A stretch of 64,000 nt of DNA from Felis catus (lineage: Eukaryota), in contig NC_058368.1 in assembly GCF_018350175.1 (NCBI RefSeq), positions 225,620,001 through 225,684,000 on the forward strand, written 5' to 3'. Shown here piece by piece: positions 63,096-64,000 of the stretch; the stretch's first letter is position 1; each line of letters opens with the position of its first letter. The position numbers were made by a program, and so were the translations under genes. Below the pieces are notes generated by a model. It was not told where the DNA came from and made no database searches. It was given only the letters and a program-made list of their open reading frames with translations.

Positions 63096-64000
63096 TGGAA
63101 GGTCCTTAATAAATACATTTGACGGATTAAGAAATAATGTCCGCTTTTACCTCATCTTCAAGACATTATGACCCTGTCAAGTGGTTAGTTATTAATACCT
63201 TGAGTAATTTAAGTATTTCCAAAATAGGGAGGGAAGGGCTCATTCTAGAAATAAATTGTAGCCAGTGTTCAGAGGCATCCACACGAGTTACCTAGTTGTA
63301 TTTGGTATTTGTTATTAAAGCAAAAGTCGTCATTATGAAGTACGTTATCCCAGGTGGGCCTGTTCCATGGGGTGTAGCTCAGTGCATTCCGAGTGTGTCT
63401 GTGCACTGTTGTGTACCGACTCTTCTGGAACATCCGGCCATGGCAGGTACCCAGGGAAGAAGAAATGCAAGTGTAGGTGTAACCGTGAGTGGGTCGGAGA
63501 ACACTGCACGGTCTGTTCGTCATCTGAGGCTCATAAGGATGTCATCAGCCTCTCACCACCTGTGTTAATGGGACCACAGTGACCAAAGATGGATGTGCTC
63601 ACAGTTTGCTATTTCATTTTCCGAAATTTTCTCTCTTCACTAGCCATGTCGATGTATGTGGCTGAACTCACAGCGTGGTGAACCAGTTTCTGATCTACGT
63701 TCCCCTTGAAGTTGTGATGATTGCATCATCTGTATTTAGACCAAGTCAGCACCTGCAGGTTGGTCCCTGAGGCCTCTCCTAATGCTGACATCCTCAGATG
63801 TCTCTGTATTCCCGGAAGATGGGATGCTCCTGGGATGTAGGGCCCATTTTCTGCTTAGACTCCATCCCCATCTTTTCCCTGAAGAAGTTTGCAGCGTATT
63901 CCTTTGAGAATTGTACCCTATGAAAATACGCCCCCGATTTTATAACACTTCGGTAGGAAAATGATGTGTACACGTTTTTTGTTGTTGTTTTTAAGATCTT

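Noticed and set aside
63290..63600. Possible Tigger-like remnant and a Cys-rich 71-aa ORF
   Set aside because: Similarity is too weak to call by eye, and the ORF has no splice or start support.

Overview
Mammalian genomic DNA, almost certainly a felid, based on about 39 SINEC_Fc/Can-SINE copies and carnivore-type L1 ends. The whole window lies inside the + strand of MYO10 (unconventional myosin-X). It begins in the last 7 nt of exon 4 and then contains 15 complete motor-domain exons (5-19 by recalled human numbering). These splice into one uninterrupted frame of 1462 nt carrying the P-loop GESGAGKT, switch [10 protein letters not shown] and switch II DIFGFE. The window ends about 29.5 kb into intron 19; exon 20 (MPDQF...) is not present. 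Main points of interest: (1) a GT-AG minor-spliceosome (U12-type) intron feeding a 14-nt micro-exon; (2) two or three promoter-plus-donor modules in intron 19 that are candidate first exons of 'headless' Myo10, one of which could add a 25-aa in-frame N-terminal extension; (3) a CpG-rich MER20, a 4x36-bp minisatellite, a strong CTCF motif and several nested insertions. I see no evidence of a wholly new gene system. Repeat family names come from recalled consensus sequences and repeat boundaries are approximate.
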